64,000 bases of DNA from Bacteroidales bacterium (GTDB lineage: Bacteria; Bacteroidota; Bacteroidia; Bacteroidales; GCA-2748055), in the NCBI GenBank assembly GCA_040903745.1, contig JBBDUV010000063.1, positions 42,432-106,431 on the forward strand. The letters run 5' to 3'. A program made the position numbers and the translations under genes. Every line of letters begins with the position of its first letter. Position 1 is the first letter of the stretch. The notes under the pieces are model-generated. The model was not told the DNA's origin, searched no databases, and saw nothing but the letters and a program-made list of their open reading frames with translations. Of the stretch, positions 20,426-30,507 are shown one piece after another.

Positions 20426-21799
20426 ATGAGTACAATAGCAGAACCTACAGATACAGTATTGAAGTTCTTGGAGCTTTTTGAAGAACATAGTGGCGAGATC
20501 CTATCGTCAGACCCGTCCTTTCTCTCAGAAATGAGGAGAGAGGCGATGAATAATTTTGAACGACTGGGGTTTCCTGCCAAAAAATCTGAAGACTATAAAT
20601 ACGTCCACCTCGAGCCCTTTTTTAATGGCTCACTCTCCACCCGTTTCTCACCCAGGAAACTGGAATTTGATGTGAAGGAGATGTTTAGCTGTGATATTCC
20701 CACACTGGATACCCATGTGCTGTTAGTGCTGAATGGTTTCTACTATACCACTACCGGTAAAAGGCTGGTCGAACAGGAGAACGGTATCATCTTCGGAAGC
20801 CTGCAGGAGGCTTTAAAAAGACATCCCAAACTGGTAGAAAAACATTTGGGGCAGTATGCCGATCACCAAAACGATCCCTTCGTGGCTCTGAATATGGCAT
20901 ATGCACAAGATGGCATATTCCTCTACGTGCCTGAAAAAAAGAGGCTCGACAAACCTATTCAGATCATTCACCTGCTTCTTTCCGACGAAAACGAGATGGT
21001 GCAACACAGAAATCTTTTTGTAGCAGAGAAAAACAGCGAGGCCGAGGTGATTATCTGTGACCATACCCTTTCGAACCACCTCTTCTTAACCAATTCAGTT
21101 TCGGAGATGGCTGTAGGGGAAAATGCCACACTCGATTTGGTAAGGGTACAGAATGAACACAACCATTCCGTTCAGATCACCAACTCCTGGATCGAACAGT
21201 TGGCCGACTCAAATATGAAACATACTACCATTACACTGCATGGTGGAAAAGTCAGGAACAACCTGAACATTAAACTAAAGGGCGAAAATGCATCCTGCGA
21301 TGCCAATGGGCTGTTCCTGATCGACAAGCAGCAGCATGTCGATAACTTCACAATCATTGAACACCAGGTACCCCACTGCGTTTCGAGTCAGCACTACAAA
21401 GGGGTACTCGATGATTCATCCACCGGTGCTTTTGCAGGCAAGATCCATGTCTACCCGGATGCTCAAAAGACCGAAGCATACCAATCGAATAACAATATCC
21501 TGCTCACCCGCGACGCGAAAATGCACACCAAGCCGCAACTGGAGATCTACGCCGACGATGTGAAATGCAGCCACGGTGCTACCATTGGCCAGATCGATGA
21601 AGTTGCGCTCTTCTATCTCCAGACCAGGGGGATCTCCAAAAAGGAGGCCCGGTTGATGCTGATGTACGCCTTCGCCGATGATGTGATCTCCGGAATAAAA
21701 GAGGAGGCACTCAGGGGCAGGATCGAGGAGCTGGTGAGTAAAAGGCTCAGGGGAGAGCTCTCCCGGTGCGACAACTGTGCCATTCAATGTTACGACTAA
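20426..21799 (+). CDS. sufD: Fe-S cluster assembly protein SufD
   Basis: 457 aa with a SufB/D-family C-terminal beta-helix ('EIYADDVKCSHGATIGQID'). Position is within the suf operon. Confidence 0.9.
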   Translation: MSTIAEPTDTVLKFLELFEEHSGEILSSDPSFLSEMRREAMNNFERLGFPAKKSEDYKYVHLEPFFNGSLSTRFSPRKLEFDVKEMFSCDIPTLDTHVLLVLNGFYYTTTGKRLVEQENGIIFGSLQEALKRHPKLVEKHLGQYADHQNDPFVALNMAYAQDGIFLYVPEKKRLDKPIQIIHLLLSDENEMVQHRNLFVAEKNSEAEVIICDHTLSNHLFLTNSVSEMAVGENATLDLVRVQNEHNHSVQITNSWIEQLADSNMKHTTITLHGGKVRNNLNIKLKGENASCDANGLFLIDKQQHVDNFTIIEHQVPHCVSSQHYKGVLDDSSTGAFAGKIHVYPDAQKTEAYQSNNNILLTRDAKMHTKPQLEIYADDVKCSHGATIGQIDEVALFYLQTRGISKKEARLMLMYAFADDVISGIKEEALRGRIEELVSKRLRGELSRCDNCAIQCYD

Positions 21800-23034
21800 A
21801 ACCCAAAATTTTGAATTTCGATATAAAAAAAATACGAGCCGACTTCCCAATCTTACAAGAGAAGGTATACGACAAACCGCTGATCTACCTCGACAATGGT
21901 GCCACAACACAGAAGCCCCAGGTGGTGATCGACGGTCTGCAGGAGATCTATGCCAGAAAAAACAGCTCCATTCACCGCGGCATCCATTACCTGAGCGAGC
22001 AGATGACAGATGCATACGAAGAGGCACGGGATACCGTAAGGGAATTTATTAACGCCCTGTCGACCACAGAGATTATTTTTACCCATGGTGCCACCAGTGC
22101 CATCAATGCCGTTGCATTCTCTTTCGGAGAGAAATATGTGAAGAAGAATGATGAGATCCTGATTTCCGAAATGGAGCATCACTCCAACATCGTCCCCTGG
22201 CAGATGCTGTGCGAAAGGAAGCAAGCCACTCTGAAGGTCATCCCGTTCGATGACAACGGCGAACTGGTCATGGAAGAATATAAAAAACTGCTCACAGAAA
22301 AGACAAAAATCGTAGCAGTGAACTACGCCTCCAACTCACTGGGAACAGTGAACCCGGTGAAAGAAATCACCCGTCTGGCTCATGAAAAGAACATACTGGT
22401 GCTGATCGACGGTGCACAGATCGTTCAGCATGACAAGGTTGACGTAAGGGAGATTGGCTGCGATTTCTTTGTCTTCTCCGGACACAAGGTCTTCGGTCCT
22501 ACCGGGATCGGTGTATTGTACGGGAAGGAGGCATTGCTCGAGGCACTGCCCCCCTACCAGGGAGGTGGCGATATGGTCGATTGCGTGAAGATGGAGAAGA
22601 CCACCTACAATGAGCTGCCCTACAAATTTGAGGCTGGAACGATGCACTACACCGGGGCCATCGGGCTGGGAAAGGCGCTCGATTATGTAACTTCAGTCGG
22701 GATAGAGCATATCGCTACATATGAAGCTGAATTGTTGCACTACACCCGGAAAAAACTGGAGGAGTTAGAGGGGTTGCGAACCTATGGGAATACCGCACAA
22801 AAGATCAATGTATTCTCCTTCCTGCTTGAGGGCGTTCACCCCTACGATGCCGGCATGGTGCTCGACAAGCTGGGTATCGCTGTGCGCACCGGCACCCATT
22901 GCACCCAACCCGTTATGGACCACTTCAATATCAGCGGCACGATACGCGCATCAATGGTCCTTTACAATTCCTTTGAAGAGGTGGATATGTTAGTACACGG
23001 TCTCAAGCGCGTTAAAAAAATGTTCTCAAAGTAA
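21787..23034 (+). CDS. sufS: Cysteine desulfurase SufS (class V aminotransferase, group II)
   Basis: Contains 'IRADFPIL', the PLP lysine region 'FSGHKVFGPTGIG' and the active-site 'RTGTHCTQP'. The ATG at 21787 overlaps the sufD stop by 13 nt; TTG at 21811 is an alternative start. Confidence 0.9.
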   Translation: MLRLKPKILNFDIKKIRADFPILQEKVYDKPLIYLDNGATTQKPQVVIDGLQEIYARKNSSIHRGIHYLSEQMTDAYEEARDTVREFINALSTTEIIFTHGATSAINAVAFSFGEKYVKKNDEILISEMEHHSNIVPWQMLCERKQATLKVIPFDDNGELVMEEYKKLLTEKTKIVAVNYASNSLGTVNPVKEITRLAHEKNILVLIDGAQIVQHDKVDVREIGCDFFVFSGHKVFGPTGIGVLYGKEALLEALPPYQGGGDMVDCVKMEKTTYNELPYKFEAGTMHYTGAIGLGKALDYVTSVGIEHIATYEAELLHYTRKKLEELEGLRTYGNTAQKINVFSFLLEGVHPYDAGMVLDKLGIAVRTGTHCTQPVMDHFNISGTIRASMVLYNSFEEVDMLVHGLKRVKKMFSK

Positions 23035-23051
23035 CAGTAAAATAATACAAT

Positions 23052-23483
23052 ATGGCACTCAACAAGATCCAGGACGAGATCATCGAAGAATTTTCAATCT
23101 TCAGCGACTGGCTGGATAAATACGATTACCTGATTGAGCTGGGCAATGACCTGCCCGCCATAGATCCGGCATACAAGACCGACGAATACCTCATCAGTGG
23201 TTGTCAGTCGAAAGTATGGCTGAACGCGGATTTCAATGACGGGAAGATGTGGTACCAGGCCGACAGTGATGCTATTATCGTCAAAGGTATTGTGGCCCTG
23301 CTGGTAAAAGTTCTGAACGGTCAGCCACCCAGGGAGATTATCGACAACGAGCTGTACTTTATCGATGAGATCGGATTAAAACAAAACCTCTCCCCTACGC
23401 GTTCCAATGGTCTGGTAGCGATGGTAAAAAAGATGAAGCTGTACGCGATCGCTTACCAGGCGAAGGCGGAAAAAGAGGGTTAA
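23052..23483 (+). CDS. sufE: Sulfur acceptor SufE
   Basis: 143 aa with the 'SGCQSKVWL' active-site Cys motif of the SufE/CsdE family. Confidence 0.85.
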   Translation: MALNKIQDEIIEEFSIFSDWLDKYDYLIELGNDLPAIDPAYKTDEYLISGCQSKVWLNADFNDGKMWYQADSDAIIVKGIVALLVKVLNGQPPREIIDNELYFIDEIGLKQNLSPTRSNGLVAMVKKMKLYAIAYQAKAEKEG

Positions 23484-23524
23484 GGAGCGCCGAAACAGAT
23501 GATGCAACATAAAATTAATGAGAC

Positions 23525-23848
23525 ATGAGTGAAGAAAAGAATTATACAGAAATTGAGGCGAATATTGTAAAGGCACTTAAAAATGTGTACGACCCGGAGA
23601 TACCGGTGAATGTGTATGACCTGGGACTCATCTATGAGATCGATGTGAAATCGGAAAAAGAGGTGGATATCACCATGACCCTCACTGCACCCAACTGTCC
23701 GATGGCAGATATCCTCTTCAATGATGTAGAGACCTATGTGAAGGATGTGAAGGAGATCGAGAAGGTGAATGTGATCCTCACTTTCGATCCTCCGTGGGAC
23801 AAAGATATGCTCAATGAAGAGGCGCGGCTGGAACTGGGATTGATGTAG
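23525..23848 (+). CDS. sufT: DUF59/MIP18-family Fe-S assembly protein (SufT-like)
   Basis: 107 aa with 'VYDPEIPVNVYDLGLIY' and 'TLTAPNCPMAD', typical of DUF59 proteins. Confidence 0.75.
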   Translation: MSEEKNYTEIEANIVKALKNVYDPEIPVNVYDLGLIYEIDVKSEKEVDITMTLTAPNCPMADILFNDVETYVKDVKEIEKVNVILTFDPPWDKDMLNEEARLELGLM

Positions 23849-23890
23849 AGAGCTTTTTTGCTTCGGTTGGAGTAATTTGGATGCATCTGG

Positions 23891-24102
23891 CTACAGACAT
23901 TTCTTCTACAGACATTTCGCTCCTCTGGAGCTTGTTTTGTTCCGTTATGACATTTCTGCTACAGACATTTCTGCTACAGACATTTCTGCTACAGACATTT
24001 CGCTCCTCTGGAGCTAGGCCATCTCTGCTACAGATAGCACGCTCCTCGGGAGTCAGGCCATCTCTGCTACAGATAGCACGCTCCTCGGGAGTCAGGCCAT
24101 CT
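23891..24102. repeat. Second array of the same hairpin-repeat family (CTACAGACATTTCGCTCC-TCT-GGAGC), with 15-bp and 39-bp tandem sub-repeats
   Basis: CTACAGACATTTCTG occurs three times in tandem (23959-24003). AGGCCATCTCTGCTACAGATAGCACGCTCCTCGGGAGTC occurs twice (24016-24093) plus a partial third copy. The core is shared with the array at 19116-19389. Confidence 0.85.
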
Positions 24103-24150
24103 TGCATAGTAAGTTATTTCGGCACCAAAAATGCCTGCTATTAAAGCCCT

Positions 24151-25104
24151 ATGGAAAATGAACTCATATCACTGGCCATCAAAAACGAGGCCCTTCGCCT
24201 CGGGTTCTCTGCATGTGGGTTTTCAAAGGCTGAGTTTCTGCCACAGGATGCCGACCGGTTGAGAAAATGGCTCGACAATGGCTACCACGGCTCGATGCAG
24301 TACATGGAGAACCACTTCGAAAAGCGGACCGATCCATTGAAACTGGTGGAAGGTGCCAAATCGGTGGTCTCGCTGCTGATGAATTACTACACGGACGAGC
24401 GGCAGGACGATCCGGACGCACCGGTGATCTCTAAATATGCCTATGGTACCGATTACCATTTTGTGATGAAGGATAAGATGAAATCGCTCCTCCGTTTTAT
24501 CCAGGAGAATTTCGGTCCGGCTGAAGGCAGGGTGTTTGTCGACTCGGCGCCTGTTTTGGACCGTGCCTGGGCGGTGAGGGCCGGACTGGGTTGGATCGGA
24601 AAGCACTCCAACCTGATCAACCGCGACCTCGGATCGTTTGTCTTTATCGGGGAGCTGATCCTCGACCTGGAGCTGGAGTACAACCAGGTTCCTGAAAGCG
24701 ATTTCTGTGGCGGCTGCACCATGTGCATTGATGCCTGTCCGACCGATGCCATCCTCCCGGGCCGAACCATCGATTCCAACCGCTGCATCTCCTACCTCAC
24801 CATTGAAAACCGTGAGCAGATTCCGGACACGTTCCGCGGGAAACTCGAGAACCGCGCCTTCGGCTGTGATATTTGTCAGGATGTATGCCCCTGGAACCGC
24901 AAAGCTATACCACATCAGGTGGAAGAGTTCCAACCCAAACCCCGGCTCCTGGAGATGAAAAAAACGGACTGGCAGCAGCTGGATAAACCGACTTTTAACC
25001 AGCTCTTCAAAAGCTCTGCTGTAAAACGGGCGGGTTACAAAGGGCTAACAAGAAACATTGAATTCTTAACCAGCGACCCCGAAAAAAGTTGCGATCACCT
25101 GTAA
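24151..25104 (+). CDS. queG: tRNA epoxyqueuosine(34) reductase
   Basis: 317 aa with two 4Fe-4S motifs ('CGGCTMCIDACP', 'CDICQDVCPWN') and the QueG N-terminal domain. Confidence 0.9.
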   Translation: MENELISLAIKNEALRLGFSACGFSKAEFLPQDADRLRKWLDNGYHGSMQYMENHFEKRTDPLKLVEGAKSVVSLLMNYYTDERQDDPDAPVISKYAYGTDYHFVMKDKMKSLLRFIQENFGPAEGRVFVDSAPVLDRAWAVRAGLGWIGKHSNLINRDLGSFVFIGELILDLELEYNQVPESDFCGGCTMCIDACPTDAILPGRTIDSNRCISYLTIENREQIPDTFRGKLENRAFGCDICQDVCPWNRKAIPHQVEEFQPKPRLLEMKKTDWQQLDKPTFNQLFKSSAVKRAGYKGLTRNIEFLTSDPEKSCDHL

Positions 25105-25150
25105 CAAATCGAAACAAGGTTCGTCTTAAGGGAAAGAAAACGATGTTACC

Positions 25151-25645
25151 ATGAAAAAACTACTGACACTTTCGATAGCGATCCTGTTCACAGGAACAGT
25201 GCTTTCAGCGCAAACCATTGAAACAGAAAGGCTCTACCAGAAATACAGGGGCGAAAAAGGGGTGGTATCGCTCTGGATTCCCGGTATCGTTATGAAGCTG
25301 GCGGCCAACATTGCCGACCTTGAACCTGCTGAAAAGGCGTTCCTCAGGTCGATCCGCTCGATCCGCCTGCTTACCATCGACAACAACGATATATACCCTG
25401 ATGTGAATTTCATTAGGGAGGCGCGTATCACACCGGGCAGAAATGGCTATGAGGTGATGATGCAGGTTACTTCCGATGGCGAGGATGTAATGATCCTCGG
25501 CAGGGAGCGAAACGGCAAGCTGAAAGATATGCTGGTGCTCGTCGGCGGCGACGACAATGTAATGGTGCATATAAAAGGCCGGCTGAACGCCGATATGATC
25601 GGTGCCGTGGCACAAATCGCCGGAAAAGACCGGGGTTTTCTGTAG
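25151..25645 (+). CDS. Secreted DUF4252-like protein
   Basis: 164 aa with a signal peptide (MKKLLTLSIAILFTGTVLSAQ). The 'YQKYRGEKGVVSLWIPG...' layout recalls DUF4252. Confidence 0.5.
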   Translation: MKKLLTLSIAILFTGTVLSAQTIETERLYQKYRGEKGVVSLWIPGIVMKLAANIADLEPAEKAFLRSIRSIRLLTIDNNDIYPDVNFIREARITPGRNGYEVMMQVTSDGEDVMILGRERNGKLKDMLVLVGGDDNVMVHIKGRLNADMIGAVAQIAGKDRGFL

Positions 25646-25655
25646 TAATTATCAA

Positions 25656-26063
25656 TTATTCACCTGCCATCGCTGTTACAGCAATATTCCGCTGCTCCCG
25701 CGGTCCGTCGAACTCACATAAAAAAATATTCTGCCAGGTCGAGAGCCCCATCTTTCCGTCTATAATGGGAATGGTCTCCTGCGGACCGACAATCCCCGCT
25801 TTCAGGTGAGAATCGCCGTTCCCGTCCTGCCGGTCGTGCTCCCAAACACCCGCCGGAATTAGTTTCTGCAGTAAACTTATCACATCCCTTTGCACCGAAT
25901 CGTCCCAGTTCTCCTGGATCATAATCCCCGCCGTGGCGCCCTGAACGTAAACATTCACCAGGCCGGTCAACACACCGGATTCCGACACGATGTCTTCCAC
26001 CTGCCGGGTGATGTCGTAGAGGCCGTCGTGGGCCTGTGTGGATATTTGAATGGTTTTTTGCAT
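25656..26063 (-). CDS. yjbQ: YjbQ/UPF0047 family protein (secondary thiamine-phosphate synthase)
   Basis: 135 aa with 'GLYDIT..V', 'VQGATAGIMIQENWD' and 'GDSHLKA', typical of UPF0047. Confidence 0.8.
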   Translation of the reverse strand: MQKTIQISTQAHDGLYDITRQVEDIVSESGVLTGLVNVYVQGATAGIMIQENWDDSVQRDVISLLQKLIPAGVWEHDRQDGNGDSHLKAGIVGPQETIPIIDGKMGLSTWQNIFLCEFDGPREQRNIAVTAMAGE

Positions 26064-26221
26064 TGTAATTATGATTTTTATATTGCTTTCATTGGTATGA
26101 ATTCTTTATTTAAATAATCGAACCATTTATTGGTTTCACCGAGCTCATCGCCAAGGCGATTTCGGTTCATGTTCTTTTGTCTTTGCACCGCTGAAAAACT
26201 ATTTCAAATGATGAGGGGTTC

Positions 26222-26578
26222 TTATCTGCAAATGCCAAATTCTTTGGCTATCCTATGCAAAGACCTGTCCTTCGTCCAAATATCGACATGATGAATTAAA
26301 GCCGATGCAAGAAGATGCACATCAATAAAACCCAATCCCTTTCCATAAAGTTTACTTCCTTCAAGCAAAGTGAATACTTCCTCATCCATCACAGTATCAA
26401 TTTTCGGAAGTGCTCCGAGAAGAGATAGTACCTCTTTTCGATTCGAAATATTTCCGCAGGATAATTCACCAATAACAAACTGATGAATAGCTGCCTGGCC
26501 AGAATAAAGCAATTCCTTTAATTCCTCATCCGAATGATGAAGGTGATCGATCCAAACAGAAGTGTCAACCAATATCAT
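26222..26578 (-). CDS. vapC: PIN-domain toxin VapC
   Basis: 118 aa. It starts 'MILVDTSVWIDH' (first acidic residue), with further acidic residues in 'GEL', 'IDVHL' and 'TKDRS'. It overlaps the upstream antitoxin by 4 nt. Confidence 0.8.
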   Translation of the reverse strand: MILVDTSVWIDHLHHSDEELKELLYSGQAAIHQFVIGELSCGNISNRKEVLSLLGALPKIDTVMDEEVFTLLEGSKLYGKGLGFIDVHLLASALIHHVDIWTKDRSLHRIAKEFGICR

Positions 26579-26772
26579 TCTGCTTCCGGTTTTCTCCTGG
26601 GAATGCTTTTTACCGTTTTTTCAGTTCCACCAAGGGCTGCAAGCCGTTTTGCACTCTCCTGGGCGATCAAAGCTTCCAAACCCCGTCTGACCAGGGCTGT
26701 TTTCTCTGAAATACCTGTGAGCCTGGATGCTTTTCCAAGGATGTGATCATCAATGTTCAGCGTTGTTTTCAT
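26575..26772 (-). CDS. vapB: Type II antitoxin VapB-like
   Basis: 65 aa from the Met in 'MKTTLNIDDHILGKA...'. It has the typical 'TLNIDD' antitoxin N-terminus and a 4-nt overlap with vapC. Confidence 0.6.
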   Translation of the reverse strand: MKTTLNIDDHILGKASRLTGISEKTALVRRGLEALIAQESAKRLAALGGTEKTVKSIPRRKPEAE

Positions 26773-27039
26773 CTGTATATGTCCATTCCCCAATCATATG
26801 GGATTCATCTCCGAAATATATACAAAATATATGTATTTATCAATACATATTAGCCATATTTGCCGAGGATTTCACATAAAAAGTTAGCTCATCACAGTAT
26901 TCCCTGCGCGCTCCCGCATCGGTGCGGGGCAAGTCCCCGATAAATGCGGGGCAAGTTATGCTCTCAGAATTTATTTTATTACCTTAGTGTTCAATATCCC
27001 AAATATATAATTTTTGGGGAACTGACCAAAAACGAACCA

Positions 27040-27867
27040 ATGACACGATATAAAGATTCCTGGTTTACTACAGCTGACAATAAAAAACTATACCTGCAGG
27101 AATGGATCCCGGAGAAAGAACCCACCGCCCTTATCCTCTACGTCCACGGCCTGGGCAGTCACGGGGGAAGGCTCGATCACTGGGCCGAAAGATTTGTAAA
27201 GCAGGGAGTTGCTTTTTTTGCCTACGACCAGCGCGGACATGGAAAATCGGATGGAAAAAGGGGGCACCCGACCCATATTAAATACCTTATTCATGATGTA
27301 AAGGCGATGGTGACTCAACTCAGGGAGGCATATCCTGAAAAACCGGTTATACTTTACGGACACAGCATGGGCGGTGCCATTGCCATCAACTATGTCATCA
27401 GCACCACCTTTACCGTCGATGCCCTCATCGTTACCTCCCCCTGGCTTAAGCTGGTCAACCCACCTTCAAAGAGCCTGGTAAAACTGATCAAACCCCTGCT
27501 GAGGATCGCCCCGGGCATCTCCCTTCCCAACGGACTCGATCCGAAAGATATATCACACGATGAGCAAGAGGTGCAGAAATATGCAGAAGATCCGTTGGTA
27601 CACAACAAGATATCTATCGGACTGTTCAAGTCGGTCTACGAGGCCGGGTACAATGCCCTGCGAAATGTCTATAAGATCAACTGCCCGTTTCTGATCATGC
27701 ATGGTACGGGCGACCGTATCACTTCGGCAAAGGCAAGCGAAGAGTATGTGATGAATACAAGCGACCGCACACGGCTCAAACTCTGGGAGGGGGCCTATCA
27801 TGAGTTGCACCACGAACCAAACAGGGAAGAGGTGTTCAACTATATTGCCGACTGGCTGAAGGAGTAA
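27040..27867 (+). CDS. Alpha/beta hydrolase (lysophospholipase / monoacylglycerol lipase-like)
   Basis: Contains 'HGLGSHGGR', the nucleophile elbow 'GHSMGG', and a C-terminal 'HELHHE' with the catalytic His. The start is taken at the internal Met 'MTRYKDSWF'. Confidence 0.75.
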   Translation: MTRYKDSWFTTADNKKLYLQEWIPEKEPTALILYVHGLGSHGGRLDHWAERFVKQGVAFFAYDQRGHGKSDGKRGHPTHIKYLIHDVKAMVTQLREAYPEKPVILYGHSMGGAIAINYVISTTFTVDALIVTSPWLKLVNPPSKSLVKLIKPLLRIAPGISLPNGLDPKDISHDEQEVQKYAEDPLVHNKISIGLFKSVYEAGYNALRNVYKINCPFLIMHGTGDRITSAKASEEYVMNTSDRTRLKLWEGAYHELHHEPNREEVFNYIADWLKE

Positions 27868-27918
27868 AACCTCATCATTACTTACAAATATTACAGCGGT
27901 GCAAAGACAATAGAATCT

Positions 27919-28896
27919 ATGAAATTCAGAACCGAGATCGATATAAAAAAGGCCCCATACCCAATAGGATATGAGAAACCGGTCGTCATGCTGGGTTCCT
28001 GTTTTACCGACAATACAGGCAGTTACCTGGAAAAATACCTTTTCCATGTCTCAGTCAACCCTTTCGGCGTGATCTATAACCCACTGAGTATCTCAAACAG
28101 CATTACTGCGCTTATTGGGAAGGAGGAATACCTGGAAGAGGAACTGCGGTTCCACGACGGATTATGGTTCTCATTCGACCACTACACGAAATTCTCCGAC
28201 CCCGACAGGAAGATAGCAACCGAAAAGATCAACAAGGCGTTCCTGGAAGCCAAACAGCTGTTCCAACGGGCGGGTCACCTCATCCTGACATTCGGATCGG
28301 CCTATGTTTACGAACGCAAGGAAACAGGGAAAATCGTGAATAACTGTCACAAACTGCCGGCATCACAATTTATCCGCAGGCTATTAACGGTGAAGGAGAT
28401 CGTTCAGCATTACCAGGCGCTGGTGGATCAGATACTCTCCATCTACCCGGAAATAAAGATCATTCTCACGGTGAGCCCGGTACGCCATATCAAGGACGGA
28501 CTCACCGGTAACCAGCAGAGCAAGTCAACATTGCTGCTATCCGCCGGCGAACTGGAAAAGCTGTATCCTGATACCTGCTATTATTTCCCCTCCTACGAAA
28601 TCATGATGGACGATCTGCGCGGTTACCGCTTCTACAGTGCCGATCTGCTCCATCCCAACGGACAGGCCATTGAATACATCTGGAACCATTTCCTCGGAAA
28701 CTGTATCAAAGAAGATGCGGAAAAAATCATCAAAAGCCTGGATCCACTGATGAAGGCTCTTCATCACCGTCCGCTGCATGCCCACACCGAACAGTATAAA
28801 AAATTTCGGGAACTATTGGCGGAAAAAATGAGGAAACTAAAAAAAGATTTTCCGTTTCTTCAATGGTCTGAAATAGACAATTTTTTAACTTATTAG
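27919..28896 (+). CDS. GSCFA-domain protein
   Basis: 325 aa with the eponymous 'LGSCFTDN' motif near the N-terminus. Confidence 0.7.
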   Translation: MKFRTEIDIKKAPYPIGYEKPVVMLGSCFTDNTGSYLEKYLFHVSVNPFGVIYNPLSISNSITALIGKEEYLEEELRFHDGLWFSFDHYTKFSDPDRKIATEKINKAFLEAKQLFQRAGHLILTFGSAYVYERKETGKIVNNCHKLPASQFIRRLLTVKEIVQHYQALVDQILSIYPEIKIILTVSPVRHIKDGLTGNQQSKSTLLLSAGELEKLYPDTCYYFPSYEIMMDDLRGYRFYSADLLHPNGQAIEYIWNHFLGNCIKEDAEKIIKSLDPLMKALHHRPLHAHTEQYKKFRELLAEKMRKLKKDFPFLQWSEIDNFLTY

Positions 28897-29016
28897 TGTT
28901 TTTAAGATACTTTTGTTTAATCTTTTATTTGTTTATGTCAACATTTTATTGAACAAAAAAATCTTGCCGGTGTTATGGAGAAAAATAGTTTGATTACACC
29001 AAAAGTTGTTAAACAG

Positions 29017-30005
29017 ATGTCGCTTAAAAAAATCACAATCCCGCTGTTATTTGGTCTGCTTGTCAATTTCACCTACGGACAGAAAGGGGTAATAGAGGGT
29101 CGCGTATACAATTCCAAGAACAACACACCGGTAGAGTTCGCATCAATCGCGATATTTGGAACCAGCATCGGGTCGATCAGCGACCTTGACGGAAATTTTC
29201 TGTTTACTGGACTTGAGCCAGGGTTTGTCGAGCTAAGGGTGTCATCTGTTGGATTTGAAAATTATGTATCCGAGGCGATACAGATAACGAATTCGGGAAA
29301 GACGTTTATTGAGATACCCCTTCTCTCTTACGGATTCCATTTCGCTGGCCAGCAAGGGTGCGGATTTCGGTCTGTACGGCGCCGAGCCGGTAACATCGAC
29401 TGCAGAAGGAAGATCCTATGGCACGGAGGTGCTTTACAGAAACAAGGACCTCTATAAATTTAACCTGATCCTCTCCTACACGCTGGTAAGAAGTGAAACA
29501 AAGCCTTTGAAGGCGGCATTGGTTGACAGGGAATGGATCCCGACCGCCTGGGACAACCGGCACCTGCTGAACCTGACCGGATTCAGGAAGTTTAACAAGA
29601 ACTGGCAGGTGGGATTCAAGTGGCGCTTCGTGGGAGGAGTACCTTATACACCGATCGATGTCGAAGCAAGTTCAAATGTTTTCAACTGGGACATTACCGG
29701 GCGTGAAATCTTAGATCTTACAAATTACAACGACCTGCGATTTAAACCATTTTGATCAACTCGATGTGCGGGTTGCCAAAGAGTGGTTTCTTGACAATTT
29801 CACACTTAATCTGTATCTTGACGTTCAAAACCTGTATAACTACAGGACCACAGGAACAGAGTTTCTTGTGCAGCAATTTGAAAACGGACGACCGGTCATT
29901 GAAAATCTCGAAGCACCCATGGATCAGCAACGCTATGAATTGGAGCCGGAAAAAACCGAGGTGGGTACCCTCTTGCCTTCAGTAGGTGTTATTCTAAAGT
30001 TCTAG
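29017..30005 (+). pseudogene. Decayed TonB-dependent receptor (CarboxypepD_reg domain joined to the last barrel strands; internal deletion plus frameshift)
   Basis: It is spread over three ORF fragments in different frames. The N-terminal fragment has the signal peptide and 'GVIEGRVYNSKNNTPVEFASI...DLDGNFLF'. The frame changes near 29310. The barrel C-terminus follows ('...RSYGTEVLYR...', a stop at 29753 in a T-run, then 'QLDVRVAKEWF..LNLYLDVQNLYNY...GVILKF'). Only about 330 of the expected ~800 codons remain. Confidence 0.65.
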
Positions 30006-30099
30006 TTATAAAGCATCTAGTGTGCAAAAGAAAAATCAGTATATAAAAACATAGGTGCAAATAAAATATTAATGAGCTAACAAATAAATATTTACATAT

Positions 30100-30498
30100 A
30101 TGAGCCGATCATATCTAATTATCCCGGCAGTATTAGTGTTTTTTACCTTTTCCTGTAGGAGCGCAAAGGTTCCTGAATCAGAGATTCCGGAAACCATAAC
30201 ATCAAATACCACTGGGAGCGGTCAGCAGTTACAGATAGAATTTATCCGGGGTGAGGCACACAACCATCCGCTGATGGCCCTCTGGGTTGAGAGTGAAAGC
30301 GGACAGTTCATCCAGACCCTGTTTGTGGCCGAATCGCTGGGAAAAGGAATTTTCCAACATGGGAACGCCACCTCCGGAAAATGGCTCCCCGCTGCCATCC
30401 GGCGTCCGGCTGCCCTGCCGGTATGGTCGCACAGCCGGGGAGTAATGGTCCACTGCACTGAATATTACCCGGAGTATCAAGGTTCGTCAGATAGATAA
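30100..30498 (+). CDS. Small lipoprotein, possibly a truncated DUF2271-like protein
   Basis: It has a lipobox ('FTFSC'). 'HNHPLMALWVESESGQFIQTLFV' resembles the DUF2271 core. The C-terminus looks abrupt. Confidence 0.35.
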   Translation: MSRSYLIIPAVLVFFTFSCRSAKVPESEIPETITSNTTGSGQQLQIEFIRGEAHNHPLMALWVESESGQFIQTLFVAESLGKGIFQHGNATSGKWLPAAIRRPAALPVWSHSRGVMVHCTEYYPEYQGSSDR

Positions 30499-30507
30499 TT
30501 AAAAATT

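Noticed and set aside
23811-24144. Two overlapping ORFs (98 aa on the minus strand, 87 aa on the plus strand) with repetitive sequences such as 'LLQTFLLQTFLLQTF' and 'CSRNVCSRNVCSRN'.
   Set aside because: They are artefacts of translating the tandem DNA repeats in the sufT-queG spacer. The periodicity comes from 15-nt and 39-nt DNA units.
29421-29440. TGGCACggaggTGCTT, a sigma-54-like sequence.
   Set aside because: It lies inside the receptor pseudogene, the -12 GC is shifted by one nucleotide, and no downstream gene is in an appropriate position.
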